Positions 12,646-23,472 of a DNA stretch of 64,000 nt are shown here, in pieces. Source of the stretch: Chiloscyllium plagiosum (lineage: Eukaryota); NCBI RefSeq assembly GCF_004010195.1, contig NC_057749.1:7877901-7941900 (forward strand), given 5' to 3'. Position 1 is the first letter of the stretch; each line of letters begins with the position of its first letter. Made by a program: the position numbers and the translations under genes. The notes beneath the pieces are model-generated. The model was not told where the DNA came from, searched no databases, and was given only the letters and a program-made list of their open reading frames with translations.

Positions 12646-13659
12646 ACTGTAAATGTCTTTGATGCTTTCCTCCGTAAGTCATGAGTTTTGTTCGCAAACC
12701 TAGCAGCTATTGCTTATTCCTAAATTCCCTGAGAAGGTGGCAGTCAGGTGCCTTTTTTGAATGGCTTGCTAGCCCATTTTGAGTTTGGAATCCCATAAAG
12801 GCTAGACCGTGTAAAGATGTGAGATATGCTTGCTAAAAGGCTGATAGTAAACCAGACAGGTTTTTACTACAGCCCTGGAGTTTCACAGTCACCATTACTG
12901 ATACTGGGTTCTCATTATTTGATTAACTAAATTTAACTTGGTGGTACAGAACTTGAATATTCCTGAAAGAAGTGGCGTGTTGACAATTTTTTTTTGCCTC
13001 ACCCTCATCAGGATAAATGCAAGAATGCCAGGTTTCCAACAGTGATAACAACTTGCACCACAGGAGATGCAGATGCTGATTGGTTGACAAGTCAACTCTA
13101 ATTGGCTGTGGCGATGCAGCCTGCCTGCACTTACGCCAATCAAGGTCCCCTCAAGTGGCCAATGAACATCCATATCACAGCCGGATTCTGGTAGGCTGCA
13201 ATTTTAAGGCCAACGAGACGTTGTGAAGGGCAGAGGGAGGGGTTGGGTGAGATGGTCTGCTGCTTACAAAGTGTGCCAGCTGGCAAAGGAAAACCCTCCA
13301 CTCAAGTGCAGTCCCCAGCGGTGACTATCGCTCCTGAGGTTACTGAATTGCTGGCCAATCGTATTGGTATTGCGCGAACTGTTCAATGGCTCACAGTATG
13401 GATTTTTCCATCACACAGCACCCACTGAGTGCTGCCTGTAGAAACATGTCTAAATTTCTAAAAAGAAAAGTGTGAACTCAATAATTGGCTTTTGTAAAAT
13501 GTAAGTAACCACTCTGGGAAGGTGGAGACATTCTCTTTAGAGGAGATTTGATGGAGATGCATAGGATGATGAGGGGCTTAGATATGGCAGCCAAAGGTGG
13601 GCTGTTCCCATTAGATGATGGTACAAAGACTAGAAAAGATGCAGATGTATTTTTTTAAA

Positions 13660-14170
13660 TATTCATTTATGGGATATGGGTGTTGTTGGCTAGATCAGTA
13701 TTTATTGTCCATCCCTAATTACTCTTGAATTTCCGTCTTGAACCGCTGGAGCCCATGTGAAATAAGAAGAATCACAATATCATGAGAAAGAGCATTCCAC
13801 TGCTTGAGAGAGTAGCAGTGTGGAACAGTGATATGTTAGGAGTGGTTTAGAAGGGAATTTCCATCAGGTGGTGTTCTCATGTATCTTGTCCTAGATGTTA
13901 GAGGTTGTGGGTTTGGAGGGTGTCATCTAAGGCACCTTGGTGAATTTCTGCAATGTAACTTATAGATGGTACTCATATTACTGCTACTGAGCATTGGTAG
14001 TAGAGGGACTTGATGGTGAAGGTATTAGGTAAGTTGCTTCCTGAGTGTTGTTGGAGTTGCACTCACCCAAGCAAGTGGGGAGTATTCCATTGCATTCCGG
14101 ATTTGTGCCTTGTGGCTGGTGGGACAGGCTTTGGGGAGTCAGGAGGTGAATCACTTGCTACATTATTTCC
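13660..14170 (-). mobile_element. 3' fragment of RTE-X-like non-LTR retrotransposon
   Basis: Same tail as 49345-49800 (atattcatt.atgggat.tggg...tttattg.ccatccc); clade assignment tentative. Confidence 0.6.
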
Positions 14171-14699
14171 AGTTTTGGAAATGCAGAGGACTAGTGAGCA
14201 GGAATGTTTTTGCTCAATGAATGGTAATAAGCTGGAACTCATGTCTAAGAGCGTGGCAAACTGGAGATGAGTTACAATGTCTCAAGGAAAATGGATGGGC
14301 ATCTGAAGGAAAGAAAATTGCAGGAAATGGGACTGACTGCAATGTTCTGTGAAGAGCCAGTGTGGAAGTAATGGACAGAATGGCCTCCTCCCATGCTGCA
14401 ATGATTCTAATTCTATTTGACATCGAATTTTAATTCACATTACTCTGTCCTTCTAAAGTTATACAAAAGAGATATAATAAGATTTATTCCAATTTGCCAA
14501 AGGCTGGATTCCCTTCCATCACATCAGTGTTTAATATCAGTTTGAGTAATTTAAATTTATTCCTTTAGCAATTAGTATATGATAATATGTCAATTAGACA
14601 ATGGGTTAAATGTAGACAGCATGTTCTTAAGAGTCTGCAGATTGCAATTTTAGCCATGATGCTAACACCTGAACACTGTTTAAAACCTTACATTTCATT

Positions 14700-14890
14700 T
14701 AAATAGATTCAGGAACAGTTTCTTCCCCGCTGTTAACGGACCTCTCAAATGTTCATGTTGATCTCTCTCTCTGCACCTTCTCTGCAGCTGTAATACATTC
14801 TTTTCTGCTACCTTGGTGCACTCTGTGTAGAGCACACAAAACAACAGTTGTCACTGCATCTTGGTACATGTGACAACAATAAATCAATAA
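14700..14890 (+). mobile_element. Rex1/Babar LINE 3' end
   Basis: agattcaggaacagtttcttccccgctgtt (RFRNSFFPAV) plus tacatgtgacaacaataaatcaataaatc tail; matches 29435-29715. Confidence 0.75.
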
Positions 14891-15330
14891 ATCTTTTAAA
14901 GTAGATTTTAATGATGCTAAAACATTTTCGCTGGCAATCTTTACAAGCCTTTCTGCATATGCAATGTACAAAATACGTGAACAATAGGCTACACTGATTT
15001 ATTCCAGTAAAATACAGGATCTAAAATAAACTGCACTATGATTTTGAAGAATACAGGTTTTTAATAATGACAAGCTGTGGTACTCATTGCAACTTCCCTA
15101 AACAAATGTTTGCATGTGCTTTCCAGTTTTGGTCTTCATTTTTTACCTGCTCCACCATCGGTGGTTTTGTGAATGCCAAGCCCAGGAATTCCTTCTCTCT
15201 TTCACTGTCTCTCACACTTCCACCTACACACACACATACACACACACACACAAACACAAACACACTCCCTTCCCTTAAGATATTCTTTAAAACCCATCTC
15301 TTTGGCCAAAAACTTTCAGTGCGAAGTCAT

Positions 15331-15462
15331 TGATTCCTGATGAAAAGCTTTTGCCCAAAACGTCGATTTTACTGCTCCTCGGATACTGCCTGAACTGCTG
15401 TGCTTTTCCAGCGCCTCTAATCCAGAATCTGGTTTCCAGCATCTGCAGTCATTGTTTTTACC
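15331..15462 (+). mobile_element. Short PLE pseudo-LTR copy (family A) with decayed HHR
   Basis: attcctgatgaaaagcttttgcccaaaacgtcgatt...ccagcatctgcagtcattgtttttacc; close to 33805-33935. Confidence 0.75.
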
Positions 15463-16651
15463 CATTTAGCATCCTTGGCAGTGATGCTCCTGACTTGAAA
15501 TCAAGGCCTCAACATAAAGTGCTATCAATTGACACATAGGCACCCATTTTTAAGACTTGAAAGATTGGAAGTTCAAAGGAGTATTATTGTGGCTGCAGCC
15601 TTTAGCAGTTTTGAACTTGTCCTCAAAATTTACAGCCAACTTTTTATTGAGTTTCTAAAGCCCATATGGCTAGCATTAATTTTTAATCAATGTCTCATCT
15701 ACAGCAAGCCATTGAATAGAATCAAGGCATTAGAAACTATCTTCTAATCACATGGACATAATTCTCCCTTTTCAACCATTCTTAACAAAAAGCATGTATT
15801 CATGTTAGTAGTTATCTGAGAACATCTCTAAACTGTTTTATTGCCAGGATTGTTAGTGTTTGGCTAACCAAACGATGCCTGAGAAACAATTAGGAGACAG
15901 CTGAGTTTTAAGGTGATGTATAAACATGGATTAAATGTCAAGAGTTTAAAATCTGCCACTTCCATTCACCAATATCCTCATGGGAATTATACAGGAGCCT
16001 GCTAGTGCAGTCTTAATTTCAATTTTACAAGCAGCAGTGATGGACAGCCCTCAGGGGAATCATTTCCTTAAAAAAATTTCCTTGTTACCTTCCTGCCCTG
16101 ATGCTTCATTACTCTGATGAACTAAAAGGCAATAAACCAAAAGTCTTAACTTCATAGAGGCGTGGGATTAGGAAATTATTCGGGCAGAAGCAAAGAACTT
16201 TTAACAAAACTCGGCATCAAGTCTGAGATCAAATCCAGAAGACGTTCTGCAGAAGAGTTATATCAGATTCAAAATGTTAAATCTGTTTCTCTCTCCACAG
16301 ATACTGCCAGAACTGAAGAGTTTATCCAGCATTGTCTTTGTTCGTTTCAGACTTCCAGCATCCACAGTATTTTTCTTCATCAAATCCAGGTACAGATCCA
16401 TCTGTCCCTCATTTATGCTGGATCATAAATTATATTACTTTCTGACCACACTCTGGGTGGAATCTCCAAAATCTGTGGTTAGAATCTGGAATGCACTCAC
16501 TGAGATTGTAATGAAGGCAAATTCAGTCAATGCTTTCAGAAGGAAATTGCGTACATTTCTGATGAGTAAGGATGTGAAGGTTCATGGGGAAAGGGCAGAG
16601 AAACGCAACTGGTTGAATTCTTCTAGCTCAGGGGCCAACATGCATTCACTG

Positions 16652-16797
16652 GCTGGCACGGTGGCTCAGTGTTTAGCACTGTTGCCTCACAGCATCAGGT
16701 TTGACTCCCCCCCTCGGGCAACTATCTGTGTTGAGTTTGTACCTTCTCCCAATGTCTGCTTGGGTTTCCGAGGTGCTCCGCTTTCCTCCCACAATGC
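16652..16797 (+). mobile_element. HE1-type SINE 5' part
   Basis: tRNA-like head ggcacggtggctcagtgtttagcactgttgcctcacagc followed by V-domain; interrupted by the CR1 copy, SINE 3' part resumes at ~17305-17480. Confidence 0.8.
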
Positions 16798-17290
16798 AGA
16801 AAGGGTTCAGAAATGATTTGTAAGGATGTTGCCAGAGTTGGAGGGTTTTTGCTACAGGGCGAGACCGAATAGGCTGAGGCTATTTTTCCTGGAGTGTTGG
16901 AGGCTGAAGAGTGACGTTGTAGAGGTATATAAAATCATGAGGGGCATGGATTAGGTAAATAGACAAGGTGTTTTTTCCCCCTGGGATGGGGGAGTCCAGA
17001 ACTAGAGCGCATAGGTTTAGGGTGAGAGAGGAAAAATTTAAAAGGGATTTAAGGTGCACCTTTTTCACGCAGAGGGTAGTGCATGTATGGAACGAGCTGC
17101 CAGAGAAAGAGGTGGAGGCTGGTACAATTACAATTTTTAAAAGACATCTGGATGAGTATAGGAATAGGAAGGGTTTAGAGGGATATGGGCCAAGTGCTGG
17201 CAAATGAGACTAGATTAATTTAGGATATCTGGTTGGCATGGATGAGTTAAACTGAAGAGTCTGTTTCTGTGCTGTACACCTCTATGACTC
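16795..17290 (+). mobile_element. CR1 LINE 3' fragment
   Basis: Translates as ESRTRAHRFRVREEKFKRDLRCTFFTQRVVHVWNELPE, followed by CR1 3' tail. Confidence 0.92.
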
Positions 17291-17737
17291 AGTGAGTCTA
17301 TGTGTAAGTTAAGTGGTTTGACCATAGTGTCCAGGGATGTCCAGATTAGGCAGATTAGCCGTTGTAAATGCGGGGTCACGGTAATCGGATGGAGTCCTGG
17401 GTCTGACTGGAATGCTCTTCAGAGGGTGGTGTGGACCTGATAAGCTGAATGGCGTCTTTCCACACTGCAGGGGTTCTATAATTATATGACTGACCACCTC
17501 CTATGTTGTAGCCATTCTGTGCTTCTACAGTGGCAGTGTTGGCTGATGGGAAGTGGACAGACGTTGGCCATAGTCAATACAAGGTGCACTATCACGGTAT
17601 GAGATTATACGTATTCAGAAGCCACTGAAAGCGAACATGAAGGTGCAGCAAGCAATTAGATAGACATTATTGTGAGAGAATTCGAGTACTGGAGTAAGAG
17701 GGTCTCTCTGAAATTGTATAACGTCTCACTGTGACTA

Positions 17738-18476
17738 GGAGAAAGTGAGGACTGCAGATGCTGGAGAACCAGAGTTGAAAACTGTGGTGCTGGAAAAACA
17801 CAGCAGGCCAGGCAGCATCCGAGGAGCAGGAGAATCGACGTTTCAGGCATAAGCCCTTCTTCAGGAATGAGGCTGGTGTACCAAACGTACTGAGATAAAA
17901 GGTAGGGGTAAGGGAATTTGGGGGAGGGACACTGGCAATACGATAGGTGGAAGGAGGTGAGGGTGAGGGTGAGGGTGATAGGCTGGAAAGGGGGTGAGAG
18001 CAGAGAGGTTGGGAAGAAGATTGCAGGTCAAGAGGGCAGTGCTGAATCTGAGGGTTGGGACTGAGATAAGGTGGGGGGAGGGGAAATGAGGAAGCTGGAG
18101 AATGTAGAACGGGATTTCTCCAGCTTCATTTTTCCTCCTCCCACCTTATCTCAGTCCCAACCCTCAGTCAGCACCGCCCTCTTGACCTGCAATCTTCTTC
18201 CCGACCTCTCCGCCCCCACCCCTCTCCGGCCTATCACCCTCACCCTCACCCTCACCTTCTTCCATCTATCGTATACCTAGCGCCCCTCCCCCAAATTCCC
18301 TCACCCCTACCTTTTATCTCAGTACGCTTGGCACACTAGCCTCATTCCTGAAGAAGGGCTTATTCCTAGCGCACCTCCCCCCTACCTTTTATCTCAGCCC
18401 GCTTGGCACACCAGCCTCATTCCTGAAGAAGGCTTATGCCCAAAACATCAATTCTCCTGCTCCTCGGATGCTGCCT
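17738..18476. mobile_element. ~740-bp fold-back PLE-derived insertion (family A) with HHR motifs
   Basis: 15-bp TSD gtctcactgtgacta at 17723-17737 and 18477-18491; arms invert about ~18108. Confidence 0.85.
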
Positions 18477-19410
18477 GTCTCACTGTGACTACCCCTGGAG
18501 TAAAGCTGACAGTTTTGTTCTCATTAGCAAACTTGTCTCAGAGGGAGTGCAATGAAGGTTCACCAGAATGGTTCCTGAGATGGTGGGTTGTCTTTTGAAG
18601 AGACATGGAGGAGAATGTGCCAACATTCTCTCAAGCAGAGCATCCAATATTGGGGATCAGGACACAAGTGGAGCCTAGACTTGAAATTTTGCAGTCGCGG
18701 AGGAGGCCATTTGGCCCATCATGTTACAGTGGCTTGCAAAGAAAAATATGACTTAGTCACAAACCCCTGCTTTTTCCTCATACCCTTAACACATTGTCTC
18801 TATTCAAATACTCGTCCAATGTCTCTTGAATGCTTCAGTTGGACCTGTCTCCATCACACATCCAGGTAGTACACTCCAGACCCCAACAACTCATTGTGTG
18901 TAATCATAATTCACAAATCATTTGCTAATCACTTCAAATATGTGCCTTCTCATTCTCAATCATTTATGCTTCAGAATAGTTTCTCCCTATCCATCATGAC
19001 TTTAAAAGCTTCTATCATATCTCCTCATAACCTTCCTCTCTGAAAGGAGAACAGTCCCAACCTCTCCAATCTATCCTCATAGCTGAGGTTTCTCAATATT
19101 GGGACTACTTCAGTAAATCTCTTTTGCACTATCCAGCAGCACTTGCTCAGCAATAACCTGCTCACTAATGGTTAGTTTGGGTTCTGCTAGGGTTACTCAG
19201 CTCCTGACTTCATTATATCCATCAGTCCAAACATCGACAAAAGAACTGAGTTCCAGAGGTGAGAGTGACTGTCCTTGACGTCCAAATACATTTAACCGAA
19301 TGTGGAATCAAGGAGCCCAAATAAAACTGGAAAGACAAGAGGTGTACTTGTTGAAGGTCAGTTATCACAGCTCCAGTCACCTCTGCAGATTATCTCGAGA
19401 TAGTATCCTT

Positions 19411-19730
19411 ATAGGGCAAGCGAAACAAAGAACAGTCAGGGAATTCCTAGAAGCATGGCACTCATCCACAAACTCCATCAACAAACACATAGACCTGGAC
19501 CCAATATACCGGCCACTACAGCGGACAGCTGAAACTGACAACCGGAAGCGGCAGGGACAGGCCACTATAAATGCCGGAGGAAACACCACAGAAGCACTTC
19601 ACAGGAGGCTCCCAAGCACTGAGGATGTCACCTAGGCAGGGGACGAAACGTTTGCAACAAAAACTTCCAGCTCGGCGAACAGAACCACAGCAACGAGCAC
19701 CCGAGCTACAAATCTTCTCACAAACTTTGA
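19411..19730 (+). mobile_element. Penelope-like element 3' end (GIY-YIG C-terminus plus HHR)
   Basis: IGQAKQRTVREFLEAWHSSTNSINKHIDLDPIYRPL; 11-bp TSD atagtatcctt at 19400-19410 and 19731-19741; homologous to 43730-44050. Confidence 0.88.
19616..19655 (+). ncRNA. Minimal type-I hammerhead ribozyme motif
   Basis: gca CTGAGGA t gtcacc-taggca-ggggac GAAAC GT T tgc: helix I gca/tgc, helix II 5 of 6 bp, palindromic ACGT helix III, GUU site. Confidence 0.75.
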
Positions 19731-21174
19731 ATAGTATCCTTGAGCTAACCATCTTTAGCTGCTTCATCACTGACCTTCCCTCCATCATAAGGTCAGTGGT
19801 GGTGATGATTGCACGATGTTCAGCACCAATTGCGATACCTCAGATGCCAAAGCAATCAGTATCCAAATGCAGCAAGACAAGGCTTGACTGGCAATTTGCA
19901 AGTAGTGTTCGCGCCACACAAGTACCAGGCAATGACCATCTCCAGCAAGAGACAATCTAACCGTCGCATCTTGACATTCATTACTATTACTGAATCTTCC
20001 ACTATCAACATCACAGGGGGTACCATTGAACAGAAACTTAACTTGCTGAGTCATAACGATATTGACGCTAGCAGAACAGGACAGAGATGAGTGACTCAGC
20101 TCCTGACTCCTCATACCCTGATCAAAACCAAATGTTTGAATATTAACTGCCCTCTGAAATGTTCCACGCAGTTCAAGGGGCAATTAAGAGTGGGCAACAA
20201 ATGCTGGCCCAACCAGAGACGCCCAACTCCCAAAAAAGAATGAAAAGCAAGTAAATCACAATTGAACTGAAAATTTCAGGCAAACTTTGTTTTCAGAGCC
20301 CAAGTCTATGCAGAGATGTCCTGTGGTACTGTTAATATTTGACTAATTTTTTTTATTATGCATCTGTTCCTTTTATTTTATATCCCCTGCTTTTAATAGT
20401 TCATAAGCATGAAAATAGAATCTGTTTATAGTTTGCTTAGTAAGGAAAGAAAACAATCAAAATCCTTCCTGTTACACTTGGCATTGGTCTGAGAATCGCT
20501 TCATGAGTCAAGTCATTACCATCTTCTCATCAATCCCACATCACACCAGGCACGTGTTAAAAACCCCTTCTGATGACTGATGATGACAAGCCAAAATGGT
20601 CAAAACTTTGGCAAACAAGAAGCCAATTGAAAGGACAGGGTTGTTCATTCTCTAACTCTCCGAAGGAAGAAGTCAATGGGGTGAAGCCAGACTTGGGCAT
20701 ATACACAGAAAGGACATTGCAAATCCACAGCCTACTCTGATTGAAGCCAGCTGCAAACTATGCATGTTTCATAATGACTGCTAAATCACAATTTTGTTCT
20801 ACAACACAAGACTCAATTCTCTCCTTTCTTCAGAGTAATGTGATGATGGTAACATACTGTTACTGCTGACTGTTGATTTGTGTTTATATTCATTCATGGC
20901 CTTGCCCCTCATGCTATCTGTAACCCCTGCCAACCCTACAAACTTTGGAGATCCTTCGGCTCTGGTTTCATCTGTAATCCTGATCTTATTCACTTCAGCC
21001 TAACAATGCTAAACGTCTCCAACTCCTAACTCCCCCCTCTCTCTTCTTTAAGATGATCCTTAAAGCTGTCCTGGCCTGTCCTAGAATCTCTTCATGTGGC
21101 TTTGTACAAAATGTTGGCTGAATGCTTCTTGGGATGTTTCAAATGCAATATAAATGTAAGATGAGGTAGAAAAT

Positions 21175-21501
21175 TAGATTAGATTACATTACATTACATT
21201 ACATTACAGTGTGGAAACAGGCCCTTCGGCCCAACAAGTCCACACCGACCCACAGAAGCGCAACCCACCCATACCCCTACATTTACCCCTTACCTAACAC
21301 TACGGGCAATTTAGCATGGCCAATTCACCTAACCTGCACATCTTTGGACTGTGGGAGGAAACTGGAGCACCCAGTGTAAACCCACGCAGACACCGGGAGA
21401 ACATGCAAACTCCACACAGTCAGTCGCCTGAGGTGGGAATTGAACCCGGGTCTCTGGTGCTGAGAGGCAGCAGTGCTAACCACTGTGCCACTGTGCCGCC
21501 C
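21175..21501 (-). mobile_element. Full-length HE1-type (V-)SINE
   Basis: tRNA-derived head with A/B boxes, V-domain, CR1-derived 3' end, (gtaat)n/(ctaat)n tail. Confidence 0.93.
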
Positions 21502-22548
21502 ATCAAATGTTAAGAACCATGAGATGCATTGCAAATCAAGCCAAAGACTGTTCAATTGCAAACTGCAACAGCAAAGAATGACTTTCTTATCAGTTGGATG
21601 CATTAATCCAAATTTTTCCAATATCAGTGGTGTGAACAAGCAAAGGTTAATGTCCAAGAACTAAACTGGAACATTCTTAAAAGATTTGGTAGAGAAACTT
21701 AAAATCAAAAATGGAAAAGAAGCACAATGATTTTGGCAAATTTGCTCTAGGGTAGAATTATTTTGCTTCATTTGTCAATACTTTTTTTTCTCTCTCTCTC
21801 TCTCTCTCCAATACAAAAATTTTGAATGAAGAGATGGAAAGGAGCACCATCTGATGAAATTGGTTGACGTGCAGCTAAAGTGCGGGGTAACAGAAACAAA
21901 TTCCTTAATTATTCTGCTGAGGGACAAGCAGAGATACAGGCTGGCATTAATCCCAGAAACCTCAGGGCAACAGAGCCGTGAGCTTATGCGATACTGACTA
22001 AGCATCCATCTGATTGATGTTTGCACACACCCTCTTAAAATGCCTTGCTTCCCTGATATTGTCTTTTGCATTAAATACGTCTCTGGAACTCATCAGCCAG
22101 ATGGGCGCTAGGACAAGAGTAGAATCTGCTGGGGAATCAAACTCCACAGCTGTATTGAAATCACGCTTCAGCAAGCCAACATAATGGCAAACAGAATAAA
22201 AGTTAAATACCCCACTCAGCCTGCAATCAGACGAGGCAGAACAATTGGGATATCTATTCCAATTTCAACTGGCTGGAGAATTGGCATCAATGATGCCAAC
22301 ACGGTGAATGAACAAAGACTGTTGCGTCCTTCCATCTAAATGATGCTCTTGCACACATCAGGAATGTGTTCCATAACAACGCTGTTGTTTCGCCTCAGTA
22401 AATCCCACTCTGCCGGATTTGAAAGCTTCCTCAAATTTGAGGTATTGCATTCTCCTTTAGCTCATCTTCTGGCCGACTGTGTCCAACCTCTGGGATGATC
22501 TGCATTTACCCCTTCATCTAGGCGTTTTAAGAAAAGAGAATTCAGAAT

Positions 22549-22844
22549 TTAGATTAGATTACTTACAGTGTGGAAACAGGCCCTTCGGCCCAACAAGTCC
22601 ACACCGACCCACAACCCACCCATACCCCTACATTTACCCCTTACCTAACACTACGGGCAATTTAGCATGGCCAATTCACCTGACCTGCACATCTTTTTGG
22701 ACTGTGGAGGAAACCGGAGCAAACCCACGCAGACATGGGGAGAACGTGCAAACTCCACACAGTCAGTCACCTGAGGCGGGAATTGAACCCGGGTCTCTGG
22801 CGCTGTGAGGCAGCAGTGCTAACCACTGTGCCACCGTGCCGCCC
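22549..22844 (-). mobile_element. Full-length HE1-type SINE
   Basis: Collinear with 21175-21501. Confidence 0.93.
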
Positions 22845-23159
22845 ACATGATGTTTGAGGAAATCAGCAAAATGGTCCAGAGTGGCATTTACAGTCGGAAT
22901 TGTCTATCTTTCTCTGCAATCTCACAAGCACTTGAGGAACATTCCAATGTAGGACATTGCCAACAATTGTAGAGCTGACTGTCCAAAACCATGCTTTGCA
23001 TGCAGTAGAGATAAAAGAAATCTACTCATTGTACCTTCTATGTTCAAATAATTGCTCACAGACCTTGTTTTGCCTGCAGACCAGACTGTCTAACTTGCAA
23101 ATTTCCAATGACCACCTTCCTAACTGTGCCCATGTTCCTTAATTTCACCAGTGCAGAAA

Positions 23160-23472
23160 TAAGGTAAATAGTCAAGGTCTTTTCCCCTGGGAGGGGAGTT
23201 GAAAACCAGAGCGCATAGGTCAAGGTGAGAGGGGAAAGATTTCAAAGGGACCTGAGGGGCAGTCTTTTTGCGCAGAAGGTGGTCCGTATATGGAATGAGC
23301 TGTCAGAAGAAGTAGTAGAGGCAGGTACAATTACAACATTTAAAAGACATTTGGACAGGTACATGGATATAAAAGTTTTGAGGGATATGAGCCAAATGCA
23401 GACAAATGGGACTAGTTCAGTTTGGGAAATCTGGTCGGCATGGATGAGTTGGGCTGAAGGGCCTATTTCTGT
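23160..23472 (+). mobile_element. CR1 LINE 3' fragment
   Basis: RGERFQRDLRGSLFAQKVVRIWNELSEEVVEAG. Confidence 0.9.

Larger units (their letters stand above)
19130..20245 (+). mobile_element. Decayed RTE-X-like non-LTR retrotransposon RT region and 3' end
   Basis: Translates QHLLSNNLLTNG*FGFC*GYSAPDFII...TKELSSRG, VTVLDV...FNRMWNQGA, LTIFSCFITDLPSIIRS; ends with the shared tail. Confidence 0.7.

Noticed and set aside
15227..15265. Microsatellites ((CA)n here, (CT)n at ~21790, (GA)n at ~24040, (AATCT)n at ~57930)
   Set aside because: Common simple repeats or retroposon tails
16113..16135. Isolated ctgatga matches (also 740, 20570, 21850, 42772)
   Set aside because: No helix II / GAAA / NUH arrangement follows, so not hammerheads
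16274..16816. 180-aa ORF
   Set aside because: Chimera of pseudo-LTR, CR1 and SINE fragments
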